Assembly (NCBI GenBank): GCA_964016885.1
Contig: OZ024742.1
Coordinates: forward strand, 51,460,001-51,524,000
Length of the DNA stretch: 64,000 nucleotides
Direction: 5' to 3'
Source of the DNA: Eledone cirrhosa
Taxonomy: Eukaryota
Shown: piece by piece, positions 28,453 through 44,237 of the stretch
Layout of the letters: every line of letters begins with the position of its first letter
Numbering within the stretch: position 1 is the first letter of the stretch
Notes under the pieces: generated by a model
Told to the model about the DNA's origin: nothing
What the model saw: only the letters and a program-made list of their open reading frames with translations
Databases searched by the model: none
Made by a program: the position numbers and the translations under genes

Positions 28453-28455
<3 letters not shown>

Positions 28456-29671
28456 TAATTGAGGTTGCAAACATGGAAATGAAAAAAAGAATGCATAGAA
28501 TTTGCGCGTCACTTTTGTTTCTAATTATTGCTTTTTAGGTATTGGAAAAATGTATAATATCTTTACAAATTTAAATATACAGCGTTCCACGGTGGTTAAA
28601 CACATGATTAGGATTGGTAGACAGTATTTGCCTCGTAATAACTAAAATGTTACGCATGAAGATATCACAATCTGGCACCAATTACTTTTTACACTTTTGG
28701 ACAAAACAATTGTTGTTTGTATTTTTTTAGCTGTGCAATGGATATTGATCGATTGGTTTACTCTCATGATAAAGTAGCGAATTTAATGTCTTATATGAGT
28801 AGAGGATATTAGCAGTTGATCAGTGATACTTGAAATGTAGAGAGGAATTATTGAATTGCTGCTCAATTACAGTGCTGGAACCAGTTCATTGCAAAATATA
28901 TGTGGAGTGGTGATCCATACAAGATCGTTGTAATATTCACAGCTACCTTTAATTGGGGTCAAGCTTCTGTAGGTAACAGATTTAAGTATCGGATTGTATG
29001 TTTTATGACATCCATTCCTCGCTCGATTTACATATTTTTATATGAGATCAGTTAGACATGTGTACACACACACACACACACACATACACACACACACACA
29101 CCCGCACACACACACATATACACACGCACACACACACAACCATATGTACATACACATTATAATAGCTGTATATAATTTCCCCATAGTGCAATCATCACCG
29201 TGCGCAATTAATATTTTTCCTTTATATTCTAAACTGAAAATTTCAAATCCAATGGATATAACATAAGGTATTCAACAATACCCTATTAAACTCATGTTAC
29301 ATTCTGTCTTTGTTCATGTCTTGCTCAAGTAAAATCATATATTAACGTTGTGTACATATGATACATTCAATTACCCTTTAAAGATCATGTCTGGATCAGG
29401 GAAGCGTATATCTAAATAAGCCACGCAATTCACATGGAGGGTTAAAGAAATAAATCCACATGTACGTGTGGGTGTAATTGGTCTATATTTGATTTATTTG
29501 AGAGTAGGAACATCTCATTTGAATGATAAAGAATCACTTTTATCTGAAACATAATAAAGAAGAAAATAGAGTTAGATAAATGTGAGAAATCAAAAGAAGT
29601 TTGGGGTACAAATGTAAAGGTTACATTATTTTATAGACATAGAGTGTATAAATAAGTATGTGTGTGTATAC

Positions 29672-29746
<75 letters not shown>

Positions 29747-32464
29747 CATGGTGGGATGAGTGTGTTTACGTCTGTTTGTCTGTATGCAACACATAATTAT
29801 TATTTACTGAGAGAGAGACATGTCACGCATATACTCATAAAATGTCCACAGAAATAAAAGTTGGGCTTACAAATTATTGGTTTCAATGCTTTTAGCTAAG
29901 ATCAAACAATACACACAACACTACAGTATACGAAAAAAAAACATATATATCTGTGTGTGTGTGCGTGTGTGTTGATTGTTTTTTCATATGCTGTAGTGTT
30001 TAGAGCGAGAAGGAAAAGTATATTTTCTATGTATTTTTTTAATCCTCCCGCTTTTCTATTTCACATTTGTAATTGACTTGATTCAATAAAGACGTGTAGA
30101 GAAAATATTGGAAATACTTGCTATCGGAAAAAAAGCATCTTTCATGTAAGTTATTCTACAACATCAAATGCTCTCATTCGCTGATAATAAAAATACTAGT
30201 AAAAATACTAATGAATAACTAAAATCAGATAAAATGAAAGGTTTTCAAAAGCAATAAGGAAATGTTGAGTAAGTGAGAAAAAATATGCCTGCATTCTCTA
30301 TCAACGAATATTAAGTTTCTGTTACTTTTTCTTGTCTGGAAGGATTTAATTTAGTCATGAGTGAAATAATTTGAACGTGACAAAGAGATACTATATCAGA
30401 AATTGAATGAGGATTTGTTAACTGTAAATTGAAACACCAGATGATATTTTTCTGAATATCGTAAGTCGGGAACAAATCACTTGACACATATGATAGTTTA
30501 TATTCGGTAGTGTATATCTAATTTGATCTACAGTCGTTTTTCTTGGAGTGGTTCTTGTCACGTGCTTGTTAGTATGTTTAGGATAACTAAACGAATATCA
30601 TTTCATTTTAGTGTTCAGTAATATTTCCCCAAGCCCTATACTTAGTTTAAAACTTAATCAATATTATAGTTCAACATCTAACAGATGTTCGTGTATGATC
30701 TTTCTGGTCTCAATGTTGTAGCTAGACCGGTTGTTAAGATATCATCTTTACATATTTGTGTAGGCCCGAAAGGTCAAACTTGCTGCCCCATTTCACCATA
30801 ATAAACAAATGTTAGGCTACAAAATTTAAAAGTAAAACAAATCACATACTTTATTAACTATATTGACCTTATCAACAGAAATAGATAATCTGATACAATT
30901 ATACCAGTTATGTTCTATCTGAGTTCATATTCTACAAAGATATATTACGAGACATCATTTCGTTGTCGACAAAATTTAGATTTATACTGCAGGAGCCTTT
31001 GTGTTAGAAAATGACGGAAAGTACAGATGATGGCATAATATTAAGTGTTTGAAGTTAAAAGTAGAGATTGTAGGATTGACATTAATAAGGCCGAAAAAGA
31101 TGAATTTATCTAATAGGGTGGAAATACTGTTTGAGTATGGGAATGAAACTATAGAAACAAAGGATACAATCTGAAGTGAAGAGCTATTTGTAAATACAAT
31201 TTAAGAACACGTGATTTCATGGTAGAGTGCGGTGTATGACATTGTAAGATTGTAAGGTGAAACATTATAGAAATGCGATGGTAACTTTAGATGAATGATT
31301 TGAATACAAATGAGAATCTGGCGACTGAGACATTGGGAAATTTAATCAATTAGATGTCCTACATTATTAGGTATGAATCGTGCCACAGTGTGTTTGGGGT
31401 TTAACTGAACCAGCGAGGGAATTTAGAAGCAATAACGTATTAGTGAGAATGTGTTACGTACATGGCGTGATTGTGTGTCATATGGCTGTAGTTTGTGGCA
31501 TCAATCATAATCGCAAAGAATAATATAATAATATAAGAGAAAAGTGGAAATATCAGTTGTTTAACAAACTGGTAATACACGTGAAGTTATAATGGTATGT
31601 TAAAGCGAAAAGGAATTGTGCTACTTTTTGTAATTTATTTAACGTCTGTGGATTTCGATATTATACAAAAATTATTGTCGAGGATGGAGACGTGTTATAC
31701 ACGTCCATGTATATATGTACAGACACGTAATTCTGATGGTGTTTTAATGGAACCGACGAGACACGTCAGCTTCGACTTTATTGGTGAGTTAAACATGCTG
31801 GATTGCACCCCCTTACCAAATCTCAATACTGCTTATTTATTCCAACATTAGGGGATAGAGAATGAATATGGAGATGAGGGAAAAGTTATAGAAGAAGGAT
31901 TGATACCGGAATTGTTACCATTTTTATAAACCACCTCGATAGCCTTTAATAGAGTGTTGAGATTGGCAGGATTTGAAATCAAATTGTACTGAGAACAGGA
32001 ACAAATATTCCAATACATTCCATCCGTCGTTGTAACATCTATGGCAACTAAATGAAATATAATCAAACACAAATAAATATGAAGTATATCTTAATAAACA
32101 TTTTCTTTTTTTTCTTATTTCCAAGATGTAAACATTATAAGTTATGTCACATCTTAAGTTCACGAAAGTTAAGAAACCTTTCAAATTTCAGAGACATGTT
32201 AACATTCCAGAGCTAAAAATAAAATTGAATTAAATAATGAATAAAAATATAAAAGTGACAATTTTATTATGTTTGGCTGCATGAAACATGATATTATTTG
32301 GAATTCTGTTCAAAATATAAGAAGGTGGATATCTATAATTCGCAATTATGTATTCATTCATGAATGAATGTGTGCGTGTGTGAGTAAGTGCGAGCTAGGT
32401 TTATGTGTGGACATATGTGCTTATAGGCTTGTATGGCTATAGATTAGATACAAACATTTGGCAC

Positions 32465-32511
<47 letters not shown>

Positions 32512-32515
<4 letters not shown>

Positions 32516-35039
32516 AGAGTGTTAACGTTTCCTTGAAGCATTGTGGAATATGAAAAATTGGCGTTTTGGAAGCCTCAACAATGCTTATGGGTAAATCTCC
32601 GGGTAACAAAATCAGGTGGTAAAGAGAGAGAGAAGTAAGAAGAAGCGTAGAAAGGGACCGAGACAGCGTAAAAGAACGTAGGAAAAGTGTAAAAATTAAT
32701 AACACGAGATAGAGTTAATTTCGGAGCGATTTAACAGTCCGTATATTTCGGATTTCACATGAACGGGGGAGGGGGGTTCCGATGGGTAAATTTGTGTCGG
32801 AGAAGGACAACACGTGGCCATCGTTGTTTACCGTGTGCGTGCAACAGAAATAATCTATCCGGCACGTCGTTTGCGCGCGGAATTGGTACGGTCAAATAAA
32901 GTTTGCAGCAGTTCTTCTATTGTGGGGGTCAGTGTGTACGTATCATCACTGTCAAGACCTTGCGTTCTGTCAGAGTTTATGAGGTCAGTCACAGGATGGT
33001 GATAGTAGTCTGCCTGTCTGTATCTGTCGGTGGATGGTAAACACGGTATACACTCAATAACAATCGCTCGATTGTCCCTGTATGTGTGTGTGTGTTTGTT
33101 GTCGTTGCTCTATTTATTTATACCAGTCATCTCGTCTCACTTCTCTCGGATCGATGATTGATTCGTGGTCCGAGACGTTTAATCCAGAATGCCTCCTTGA
33201 TCCTTAAAGTGCCGACGTTGCATACGTCGCTAATACTGTGACAATGAGCCTTCCGTCTTTGTTTCCGCATTTGATTATGTGTTTCCGGAAAGAGGAGGGT
33301 CTAGTGTTGATGTGTTCCTTGGTCCGGACGCGTAGTTGCCGGATGGTGCTACTGATGTAGAATTCGTTACACTTATCACATTCGATGTTGTATACAAATT
33401 AGGTGCGTAAGCAAGAGCTCACCTGACGTATCGGACATTTGCTGAAGGGATATGCGTCATCCGATTTGTCAGGTTTCCCGGGGTGGCATCTCCCTAGGTT
33501 GGACCCCGAATGGGCCAAGTGGATATCGAGACCCTTCCTCCATATGGCTCTGTAGATAGCGCTGGGGGTTTCTTCCGGTGGTTTCTGCGTTCAGGTCCGG
33601 AAATTTGATGAAATACTTACTTTTAGTGTTTCTCTGTGTCCTGTGTCTGGCGTCCCTTATTCCATTCGTAAATAATGCTGGATATCCTTTTGTCACCAAC
33701 ACCCTGTGGGACTGTTTGGTGTGGGTAACACAACTCACGAGATCACTGCATCTATATTTAATCCGCGTGATCTCGTATTTGATGTACCCTCTTTTAGCAC
33801 TGTTAGGGAGGGCAGATTTAGAGTGGACGAACAAGCCCCTGCAGGCCACCTTGCGGTAAAAGTTCGTGTTTATCCCTCCCTCTTAAGTGATTTTGATTCG
33901 GAAGTCGAGGAGGGCCAGGGATTCGTCGTCGCTGGCGTGGTCAATGCTGAAATCAATATTTTCGTCCGTATTTTCAAACGTCTCGTAAATCCCATTCGCC
34001 ATCTCCCGGGAAGACTTAAGGATGAGGATGTCATCCACGTATCTTCAGAAGATGGCGGCGGCGTTGGGATGGCAGGTGTTGAGTGCCTTGCGTTCCAGGC
34101 AGTCCATATACGAGATCGCTAGGACAGCTAACAGGCTTGAACCCATGGGTAGCCCTGAAGTCTGCCGGTACGTATGGTCGAGAAAATTAAAATAGGTGTT
34201 ATCAATGACAGCGGATAGAAGCTAGTGGATATCGGTGATGGTGAGCCCGAAGGAGTGTAGGTTGGTACACTGGACACGTTCTGTCAGTATATCGACAGCC
34301 AGAAGCGCCGGGACCAAGGTGTACAGAGCGACCGCATCAAGGCTGAAGGCCTTTGGGCATCGGGCTCCATTTGGTGTAGACGCTCTAAGACTTTCTCGGA
34401 ACTGTTGAGGTGCCCTGGCAGGCTGTTTAATAGGGGTTTAAATATTTTGGATAGGAGCCATAACATTTTGTAAAGCGGTCCTACCACGCCTGATTTTCAG
34501 GTCAGGTACTTGCTTGTGGATTTTCACGAGGTAATAGAAGGCGGGTAGTCTACTGTTCCTCGTAACGAAGTTGTTCCTAACCCTCTGTGAGAATTTCCGT
34601 CGTTCAAAGATGTTGGTCCAAGTGGTGTTAATATTTTCCTCGATCCGCGCAGGAGTGGTCCATGCGACCTTGGAGTAGAGGCTCTCAACGTCTAGGTTTG
34701 GGAGAGGTAGGTTGGTGTTAGCCTCTCTGGTGATGGAGCAGCATTTCTTTGAACTTGACAGCAATTCTGCGCGCACACGCGCCCAAGAGTATTTCAGTTG
34801 AACACACAGTGTAAACAATGTAGGGCCTGTTGATGGATGGGAAATCCGAAATATATGGACTATTAAATCGCTCCGAAGGTAACTCTATCTCGTGCTATTA
34901 TTTTTTACACTTTTCGTACGTTCTTTTACGCTCTTTACGTCTCTTTCTACGTTTCCTCTTACATCTCCCTCTCTCATTACCACCTGATTTTGTTACCCCG
35001 AGATTTAGTCATCTGCATTGTTGAGGTTTCCAAAACGAC

Positions 35040-35042
<3 letters not shown>
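32512..35042 (-). mobile_element. Decayed Penelope/Poseidon-type PLE with ~200-bp inverted arms (32560-32760 / 34836-35038), flanked on both sides by (TA)n
   Basis: Minus strand, frameshifted: LPAFYYLVKIHK, YRQTSGLPMGSSL, RYVDDI, FVYNIECDKCNEFYISSTIRQLRVRTKEH (GIY-YIG with CxxC). Arms are reverse complements. Confidence 0.85.
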
Positions 35043-35082
<40 letters not shown>

Positions 35083-35089
35083 CATACAC

Positions 35090-35174
<85 letters not shown>

Positions 35175-35699
35175 TTATTAGAATATATGTTTGAACATAT
35201 AATGTAACTCATTCTTTTTCTCTCTACCTATTTCCATAAGCATTTATATATATATATTGTTATATATACATTTGTGTATATATACATCTTATATATATAT
35301 GTGTGTATGTATGTGTATGTGAGTGTGAGTGTGTGTGCGTAGAAAGAGTTTTATTGATTTCCTACTACATGGGCATACGGAGGGTCATGTGACAAGTAAG
35401 AAAATAGAATAATATAAAATAATAATAGTCATTCAATCAGCAAGTTAAACAAGTATTGTACGCGAGAGTGAGTGTTAGTGTGAGTGTGTCTGTAATGTGC
35501 GTGATTGTCCCCTAATCTGTTGCGGTACAGAGACTCATGTGATAAGAATGATAGTGGTAATAGTAGCTATAAAAGTTCCATTACTAAAATAAAATAAAGA
35601 TGTTAGGCGTGAATGTGTGTGTGCGCACGCGTGCATGTGTGTGTATGTGCGCGTGTGGATTCTTCGCAAATGTTGCCCGCTAGATTTTATTCAGACGCT

Positions 35700-36905
35700 A
35701 CTAGTATTCTTGAATAAATATATGTACTTGTTTGCACTCAGGTGTTGTCTGAACAAACATAAAGTGGAATTCTCAAGACGCAGTTCACCAAGTTGAAGTC
35801 ACCAACGTCGATGATGCATCTCTTTTTCAGTAAGAGCTTTATGAGACAGCTGTCATGACTTTGATTTATGCGGGGAAAGAAAGGAATGAACAACTTGTGG
35901 AAAGCCTTCTAAGGGAAAAGACAGTGTGTCTGGGCATGTTCTTGTCATACTCGAACGAAGGAGTATAAACATTTCGGCTTGAGAAGGAGTTCAGAGAATA
36001 TAATGAACGAGTGGAACGCGATTATTAACAAATATGATGAACCTCGTTAACAAGATTGATCATCCGTCATTCACAAGCTCTGTGATCCTGCCCGTTATAA
36101 AGGTTATGACTGCACTGAGATAAATGAACAATTTCAAAGCACATGGGAAGGATGGCATAGTGACTGCATAGTGACCAGCAAACTGGTCCTAAATAAACGA
36201 TTTGTTGTGTAACATATACCACCAGATCTAGTTGAAGAATGCGGTCCCACAGTATGGAAGGATTCCAATCTTGCCCGCCTCTTCAAGGGACCCAAATTTA
36301 TTGTGGGTTCTGTTTACTATCAGTTTATAAATCCTTTGGCAGGATTCTTCTTTATCGGCTGCTGATATCAGTAGCATCTAACATCCCGTCGGAGTATCTG
36401 TTTGGTTTTCGTTGAAATCAGGCATTGCAGGTAAATCTCAACTGCGCGGGGATACAGCTGAAGCGTAAGGATAATAGCTTGATCTGTACAATTGCTATAT
36501 TGATCTCACGAAGGTCTTTGACACAGATAATAGGCAAGCACTTTGGAATATACTCATGTAGCTGGCTTACCCTGAACATTTTCTGTGTTTATAAATTCAT
36601 TGCATGATAACATGAGAACGTTGGTAAATTCCCAGGGACTTTCTCAATTGAGATAGCCGTTAAATATGGTAACTAGCCCACTCCGACTTTATTTGTCATT
36701 TTCCTTGCATCTGATGTGTTGAAAGATTTCGCAAACACCGATGTTTAATTAAACATCCGTTATATGCTTTATGCAGATGACTGTGATCTTTTTTAACAAC
36801 ACGAATTAAGACTTCCAACGTCTAATGAATTAATTATAAGCAGTGTCTGATGAGCTTGGGCGGACAATCAGAAAGAAAATGACAACAGTGTTATACAAGC
36901 ATACA
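35700..36905 (+). pseudogene. Highly decayed RTE-clade LINE RT
   Basis: Remnants of PSEY.FGFR, YIDLTKVFDT, MLYADDC with many stops and frameshifts. Confidence 0.65.
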
Positions 36906-36924
36906 CCCGGAAAAATATATATAT

Positions 36925-37508
36925 GTATATATATAAAATTAAGTATGTGTGTGTGTCTGTGTGTCTGTGTATTACCTATAGGGGCCTACATCTTATGACC
37001 GATTTTCATGAAACTTTACAGGCTCATAGATTAGTCATCGGGGGAGGGTTTTCTATATATCAGCGTATTGTCTTTTTATTCCAGGGTAATTCTGCAGATA
37101 AAAATCGATAGGCGGGTCACCTTTTTTCAGGTATCGAAAAATAAGATTTTTGGTTCTAGCTCCCACATTTTGCCACCGATTTCGTTCAAATACGAAACTT
37201 TGGCTCCACCTCACACATAAATCAATTTATTTGGTTCCACCTTTATACTACGATCGAACCTATCATTGCACATCTTATAGTAGCTTTACACTTTGCATTT
37301 TTTGTTCAGGGACGGCGTGGCAGCCGTTTAACTCTTCAAAATACGATGTTCCACCTCCCACATATTCAATACGAATTCACTCAACATTTCGCCATTCGCT
37401 ACACCTTACGACCGATATTCAAGAAACTCGCAGTCTCTAAGATCAACACCTTTTCATCAAAGCAGATATTATTTTACCTACCCAGGCAACGCTGGGTACT
37501 GCTGCTAG
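36925..37508 (+). mobile_element. Non-autonomous Helitron-type element
   Basis: 5' tatatatataaaa..gtgtctgtgtgtctgt..accgattttcatgaaactt; 3' hairpin cccaggcaacgctggg followed by ctgCTAG-T. Confidence 0.65.
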
Positions 37509-37875
37509 TAATACATACATATTACATATATTACACCATCGGTCATAGGAAAATATTGAAACATGGCAAAGTATTGCAGTAGACAGTCCTCATTGGCGAA
37601 ATTTGCTTGCCGTATTAAGGAATTTGAAAAAAAAGAGAGTCTATGTTGATGTGAGCATATAAATTATATGACAGATGTTAGTCCGCAAACAGAACGGAAT
37701 TCGAAAGTAACTCTTACCAGTGTGGGTTGTGGACGTATATGTATGACAGGGGCTGGACTAGTAAGCCAGACAAGACGTTACTCTCATGGAAATAACATAT
37801 TTGAGTACCCCATAAACTTTGGCGGCATCAATGACAAGTGTTGGTTCCCACTATACACACGCACACTCATGCAAA

Positions 37876-38074
<199 letters not shown>

Positions 38075-38077
38075 CAT

Positions 38078-38660
38078 CTCCATTGCTGTCGGTAAGCGAC
38101 AGCTCTTTGACATCCGAACCAGGTGATGTTAATGGTTTGTAGGACACTTTGGAATGTCGACCGCCAGGTTATCTTCGGTCGAACTCTTTTGCGCTTGCTT
38201 TCATGGGGAGTCCACGTCATCGCCGTTTGGGTCGGGCATTGTCCTCGAAGAGGCAGAATGTGACTCGCAAAGCGGAACGAACACTCCGTGACGATCTCGT
38301 GCATTGTACCTTGCTCTCCACAGGATCTCTTCATTCCTAACCTGATCTGGCCAGGTGACATTTAGAATCTTAGACAGGGCCCTTTGAAGGAAAGTGTGCA
38401 GTGTCTTGGCAGTCCTATTCAGCGTTTTGCAGGCGTAGATGACCGTGGAAAGTACAGTGCAATCACAGCTAGATGTACGTGATGAGGGCTATATTTGACC
38501 AATTCTCTTGCATCACTGGAAAACCATGGTTGCCTTTTCAATCCTCAAGTTGATGTCCAGCTCGTTGTCGCCACTGTTTTTGAACATGCCGCCAAAGTAC
38601 GTGAAGTGGTCGACCTCGTCCAGCTCATTTTGATTCAGCTTAACCGCAGCCGCATGTCCG
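38078..38660 (-). pseudogene. RTE-clade LINE 3' fragment
   Basis: Minus strand: DEVDHFTYFG, STVIYAC, ILNVTWPDQIRNEEILWR, AMTWTP..KRKRVRPKITWR. Confidence 0.72.
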
Positions 38661-39180
38661 GGGTCTATTCCCACTTTCGTAACATTTATTTAAGTGGCTT
38701 ATCGGGGTTTATGTAAGATTTACCTAGTCTTTCCTCTTAGTCAGTAGAAATTAACTAGACAAATAATCAATTAAACTGGGCTTAGTGTTTAATGTAGGTT
38801 TGGAAAAAAAATGCATATAAACTTTACCAAAGCCTTCTAGTCCCGACTAGTTTCCCTCGTACTTTGTGTATATATCCAATCCTGGTTTCATCAATAAGGT
38901 TTCGAGCTTTTCAAGAGCCCCCCCCCCCCCCCTCAGTTAGGACTAACATTTCTTAAGTTATCGCCGCCAGAAATGAATTCAATAGGGAAGAAAAACATCA
39001 CGAGGCCGCGGTCAAAGTAGAATGGTTGTGAAGGTAGGCCGGATGGCGAGTAGGTTAATTGCTAGACGTAGCAGTTAGTTACCGCCTAAGGTTTAGTCAA
39101 CCGAAAGTGTGTATAGAATAAATTCAATATATATATATACACGAACATATACATATATATGTTCGTGTATATACACGAAC

Positions 39181-39226
<46 letters not shown>

Positions 39227-39273
39227 CAGGAAAGAAGGTTGACATGGTTTGCTATACAAAAAAGGTTTTTAAT

Positions 39274-39390
39274 CTCATAGCTGACAATTGTTTCTCTGAA
39301 CTGGTAGGTCTAGAGATCGCTATTCGCTTATTTTCACGTTACTCGATCGCAAATACAAAATTATAACCAGTCAGATCTTCGGAGCATGCA
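39274..39390 (-). ncRNA. HHR-like motif, U4C core variant, long helix II
   Basis: Reverse complement of 41085-41203. Confidence 0.6.
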
Positions 39391-40572
39391 AGAATGAAGA
39401 GAATACACAGGCAAGAAAAGAATATACAGGCTACTATATGAAGTAGTAATGGCATTCAATTAGAACAATAACAACAATTACAACAATGCTATTAATAAAT
39501 TATTTGAGGAGACCCTGACATTACATAGGTGGGGGGTATAATGTATCTAACATTACGACGTGTAAAACTAGCTGTCATGAGGCAAAAGTAAGAGTTTGGC
39601 ATGTACAGAGTATCGAAGTGTGTATCAATTTTAAATTATAAAGATAAGCCAGTGTTTACAGTCTTTCTTTTCATCTTCAATAGCATACATGAGTGGGACA
39701 ACACTGTCAAAGCTAAATAGTTGTTGAGTTAATACAGAGGTTAACGAAGTAATATACGCATATATTTACACACACACACACATACACACACATATATATA
39801 TATATATACACATGCATGTGTACATAGACACATACATACACATCAATATACACTCGTACAAAAATATACATACATGCAAAGAGATAAGCGTGCTAATTGT
39901 AATTATGGCAAAAGGAAGGTAAAGTTACATTGTAGTAGTGATTTGAGAAAAACTAGGATTTAGGATCAAATGATGGCAGCAGCTGAGAAGGAATAAGTTT
40001 GTGGGTTATGGGTTCCACAACCCTCGCCCAAAAAATATGGGAACTGAAGGACAGCAGCACTAACTACAGTATCAACTGGTCGAAGTTGTCGGCTGCTAAA
40101 ACCTATAGTACAGGGATGTCCCACTGCGGGCTATGTGATCTTGAGCTATTGTATATCCTCAAAAATGTAAAAAGGCTACTTAACAATAAGTTAGAAAGAT
40201 CTATCTTCTGCAGACATAGAATTGGCACGAAATTCATAAGATTCAAACCTCCGTGAATCGAACCAACACAACATAGCTTTAAATTAGGATACCTACTACC
40301 CACAGAAATATATTCATTAAGTATACTATATCCTTCACAAGTCTATACCACACAAATGTCTGTAAGTACCTCATCAACCCACAAACTTATTCCTTCTCAG
40401 CTGCTGCCATCATTTGATCCTAAATCCTAGTTTTTCTCAAGTCACTACTACAATGTAACTTTACCTTCCTTTTGCCATAATTACAATTAGCACGATTATC
40501 TCTTTGCATGTATGTATATTTTTGTATGCGCGTATATTGATGTGTATGTATGTGACTATGTACACATGCATG

Positions 40573-40718
<146 letters not shown>

Positions 40719-41084
40719 CGTATATTACTTCGTTAACCTCTGTATTAACTCAACAACTATTTAGCTTTGACAGTGTTGTCCCACTCATGTATGCTATTGA
40801 AGATGAAAAGAAAGACTATAAACACTGGCTTATCTTTATAATTTAAAATTGATACACACTTCGATACTCTGTACATGCCAAACTCTTACTTTTGCCTCAT
40901 GACAGCTAGTTTTACACGCCGTAATGTTAGATACATTATACCCCCCACCTATGTAAAGTCAGGGTCTCCTCAAATAATTTATTAATAGCATTGTTGTAAT
41001 TGTTGTTATTGTTCTAATTGAATGCCATTACTACTTCATATAGTAGCCTGTATATTCTTTTCTTACCTGTGTATTCTCTTCATT

Positions 41085-41203
41085 CTCGCATGCTCCGAAG
41101 ATCTGACTGGTTATAATTTTGTATTGGCGATCGAGTAACGTGAAAATAAGCGAATAGCGATCTCTAGACCTACCAGTTCAGAGAAACAATTGTCAGCTAT
41201 GAG
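41085..41203 (+). ncRNA. HHR-like motif, U4C core variant, long helix II
   Basis: gct-CCGAAGA-tctgactggt..~60 nt..accagttcaga-GAAA-caattg-TC-agc. Confidence 0.62.
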
Positions 41204-41423
41204 ATTAAAAACCTTTTGTGTATAGCAAACCATGTCGAGCTTCTTTCCTGATTTATTATTACTCCAAGTGTTTACAACATAGGAATTACGGCATACCCGC
41301 AGCATCACTATGAAAACGCCTTGTTGAGTCAAACCAAGCCAAGCGTTAATATCATCCACTACCTGGAATACCATAACTGGACTATACCTAAGTGGACTGC
41401 ATTTAACTATTATTTGTTACCCC

Positions 41424-41861
<438 letters not shown>

Positions 41862-43919
41862 GTTTGTGTGTGCGTGTGTATGTGTGTATGTGTATACATA
41901 CAAGCAATCATCCGTATGATTTCACATGAACATAAGCCGTCTCAGTGCACATCAAATCTGAAAATACTAACTCAAGAAAATTTTTCTTTCTTGAATATTT
42001 TTTTCTTTCGTGCAATTGACACGAAATACGAAAACCTAGCAGAGGGTTTGAATGAAAATTGTATTTTTAATCTGGAAGTGGAATTCAAATTTTGTACTTA
42101 ATTTATTAAAATCAATATATTTTTCTTTATTTTGTAATTTACATTAATAATTCAGGCTTTTTTTTTTTTTTTTTTTTTTTATTCAAGTCCGAATTTCAAT
42201 TTCAGTTTAATTCCTGTCCATATTTTTGTAGTAACGCCATTTTGTATTCCAATTCCTATTTATGAAATATCACTGTTTTGTTAATGTAAATTTCAAAACT
42301 GAAACGTGTAAAGACCAAAGAGAAAAATGAAATCACAATATTTTAAATAAAGTTCTCACTCCTGATAAAAACTGTACATAGCATATTCTCTCTGATTTGT
42401 TATATTTTTGTATATTATATCAGCATGTTATCATTCAGATATTCAACCATGCAAAAATAAAACTTTCAAGGCTATGAAATTTTACATCTAAATATTTTAT
42501 GACTAAATTATCAGTTGAATGCTTTCATACACTAAACTGGCAAGAAGGATTTTTCACACTCTGATGACACATACAATTTTCATGTGTTCTTCCCAGTTTT
42601 CTATTTGCCAGATAAAATCTTCCAGGCCATTAAACATCTGAAATAAGAATTCAACTCATTTTTTTTTCTTTTGATTCAAATGTTTGCAACTGTGGAAGCT
42701 GAAGTTTGGAAAAATAGCACGTAATCATAAGAAATCATAGACAGTTGAATATCATGATTTCTTATAGTTTTCAGCGTGATGCCTGTGGGGAGATATAAAA
42801 AAATGAACTCATCACAACTAAGAGTTTCCTTCTTTAGTACTTAGCAATAATAATATTTTCAATGATTTTCCGTTCATAAAAGTAATAGCGTAAATGGAAA
42901 AGAAAAAAAAACAGTGACCTGATGCATAGTAATTAATATCTGCATGGCAGTTATATATCATATATAACAGCTCAACTAACATTACTAAATTAGGAGGTAG
43001 TAAAAGCAATAAAAATGTGTATAGCTTGAACAACACTGAATTATCAAGTACTGTAGCCTGATTCAATGAATGATATATTCTTACTATTGGTGTTCTTTCT
43101 TCTTTTGTTTTTCTTTTTTTTCTGTAATGCCAATCACATTTTTATGTCCTTCAAGAGCATGAAACTTCCATGAATATGTTTCAGTTACATGTGGTTAGTA
43201 AATATGACTTCCTACAGAGAAATACATTCCAGACTTAAACTATCCGTGTTCAATATCAGGCAAAGTAACTCGGAATTTGATAGACTACGTGTGTATTCCT
43301 GTTTTGAGATCGTAGATTATGTTCAGATGCCAATGAAAATAATGCAGGGATTACGTTATGTGTGTACTTATCTCCTGTATAAAATTCCCGGTAAGATTTT
43401 TACAGCACCTTGCTTGCACTGATCGGTTGACAGGTTACCAAAACTTGTATCTGAAATGTTAAGTTTATATGACTTGTGATTTTAACAATATTGTGAATGT
43501 GAATGTTGCCGTTATATCAAAGAACGCCTGTATACTCATCTTCTATCCCTTTATATTGTGATCATTCCAACAACATTGTGACTGAACTGGATCAATATAT
43601 ACAGAATCAGACATTGCATCATAACTATTTTAAGACATAGTATGTAGATTATTTTTGCTTCAGCTTGATATCAATACATTCTCGTGAACTGTTGATAGGA
43701 TATGTTCATGCTTCGAGCGTTCATATAATATATTTTTCTGTTTAGATTTTATATTCATTATCATTGTTTTTATAAAGGGTTATCTATAAAAATCCGAAAT
43801 AGATATTCGAGAAAAATATCTAAAACCACACCATTGAGCTGGAGCCTCATTGTCTTGAATCTTTTAAACTGCCTCAATAAGCTAACAAAATACTATTTCA
43901 TAATAAATTGTCGGCATTA

Positions 43920-44237
43920 TCCCGCCGAGGTTAACTTTGCCTTTCATCCTTACGGGGTCGATAAAATAAAGTACCAGTAATGTACTGGGTAATTTTCTGG
44001 CCTTGTGCCAATAGTAGAAACAATTATTTATATAAGCGTGGATTGGTAGTATCGGTAGAGGGTCGGACGCCATGCTTTGACGCAAAGAGTTACGGCCGTT
44101 TCCATTCTCATTTCAAATCCCGCCGAGGTTAACTTTGCTTTTCATCCTTACGGGGTCGATAAAATAAAGTACCAGTATTACACTGGGTAATTGCTGGCAT
44201 TGAGCCAAAAGTAGAAATAATTATTTATATAAGCGTA
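43920..44237 (+). mobile_element. Two tandem SINE family A copies (the first 5'-truncated)
   Basis: cccgccgaggttaactttgc..cttacggggtcgataaaataaagtacc twice, each followed by ttatttatataagcgt. Confidence 0.85.
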
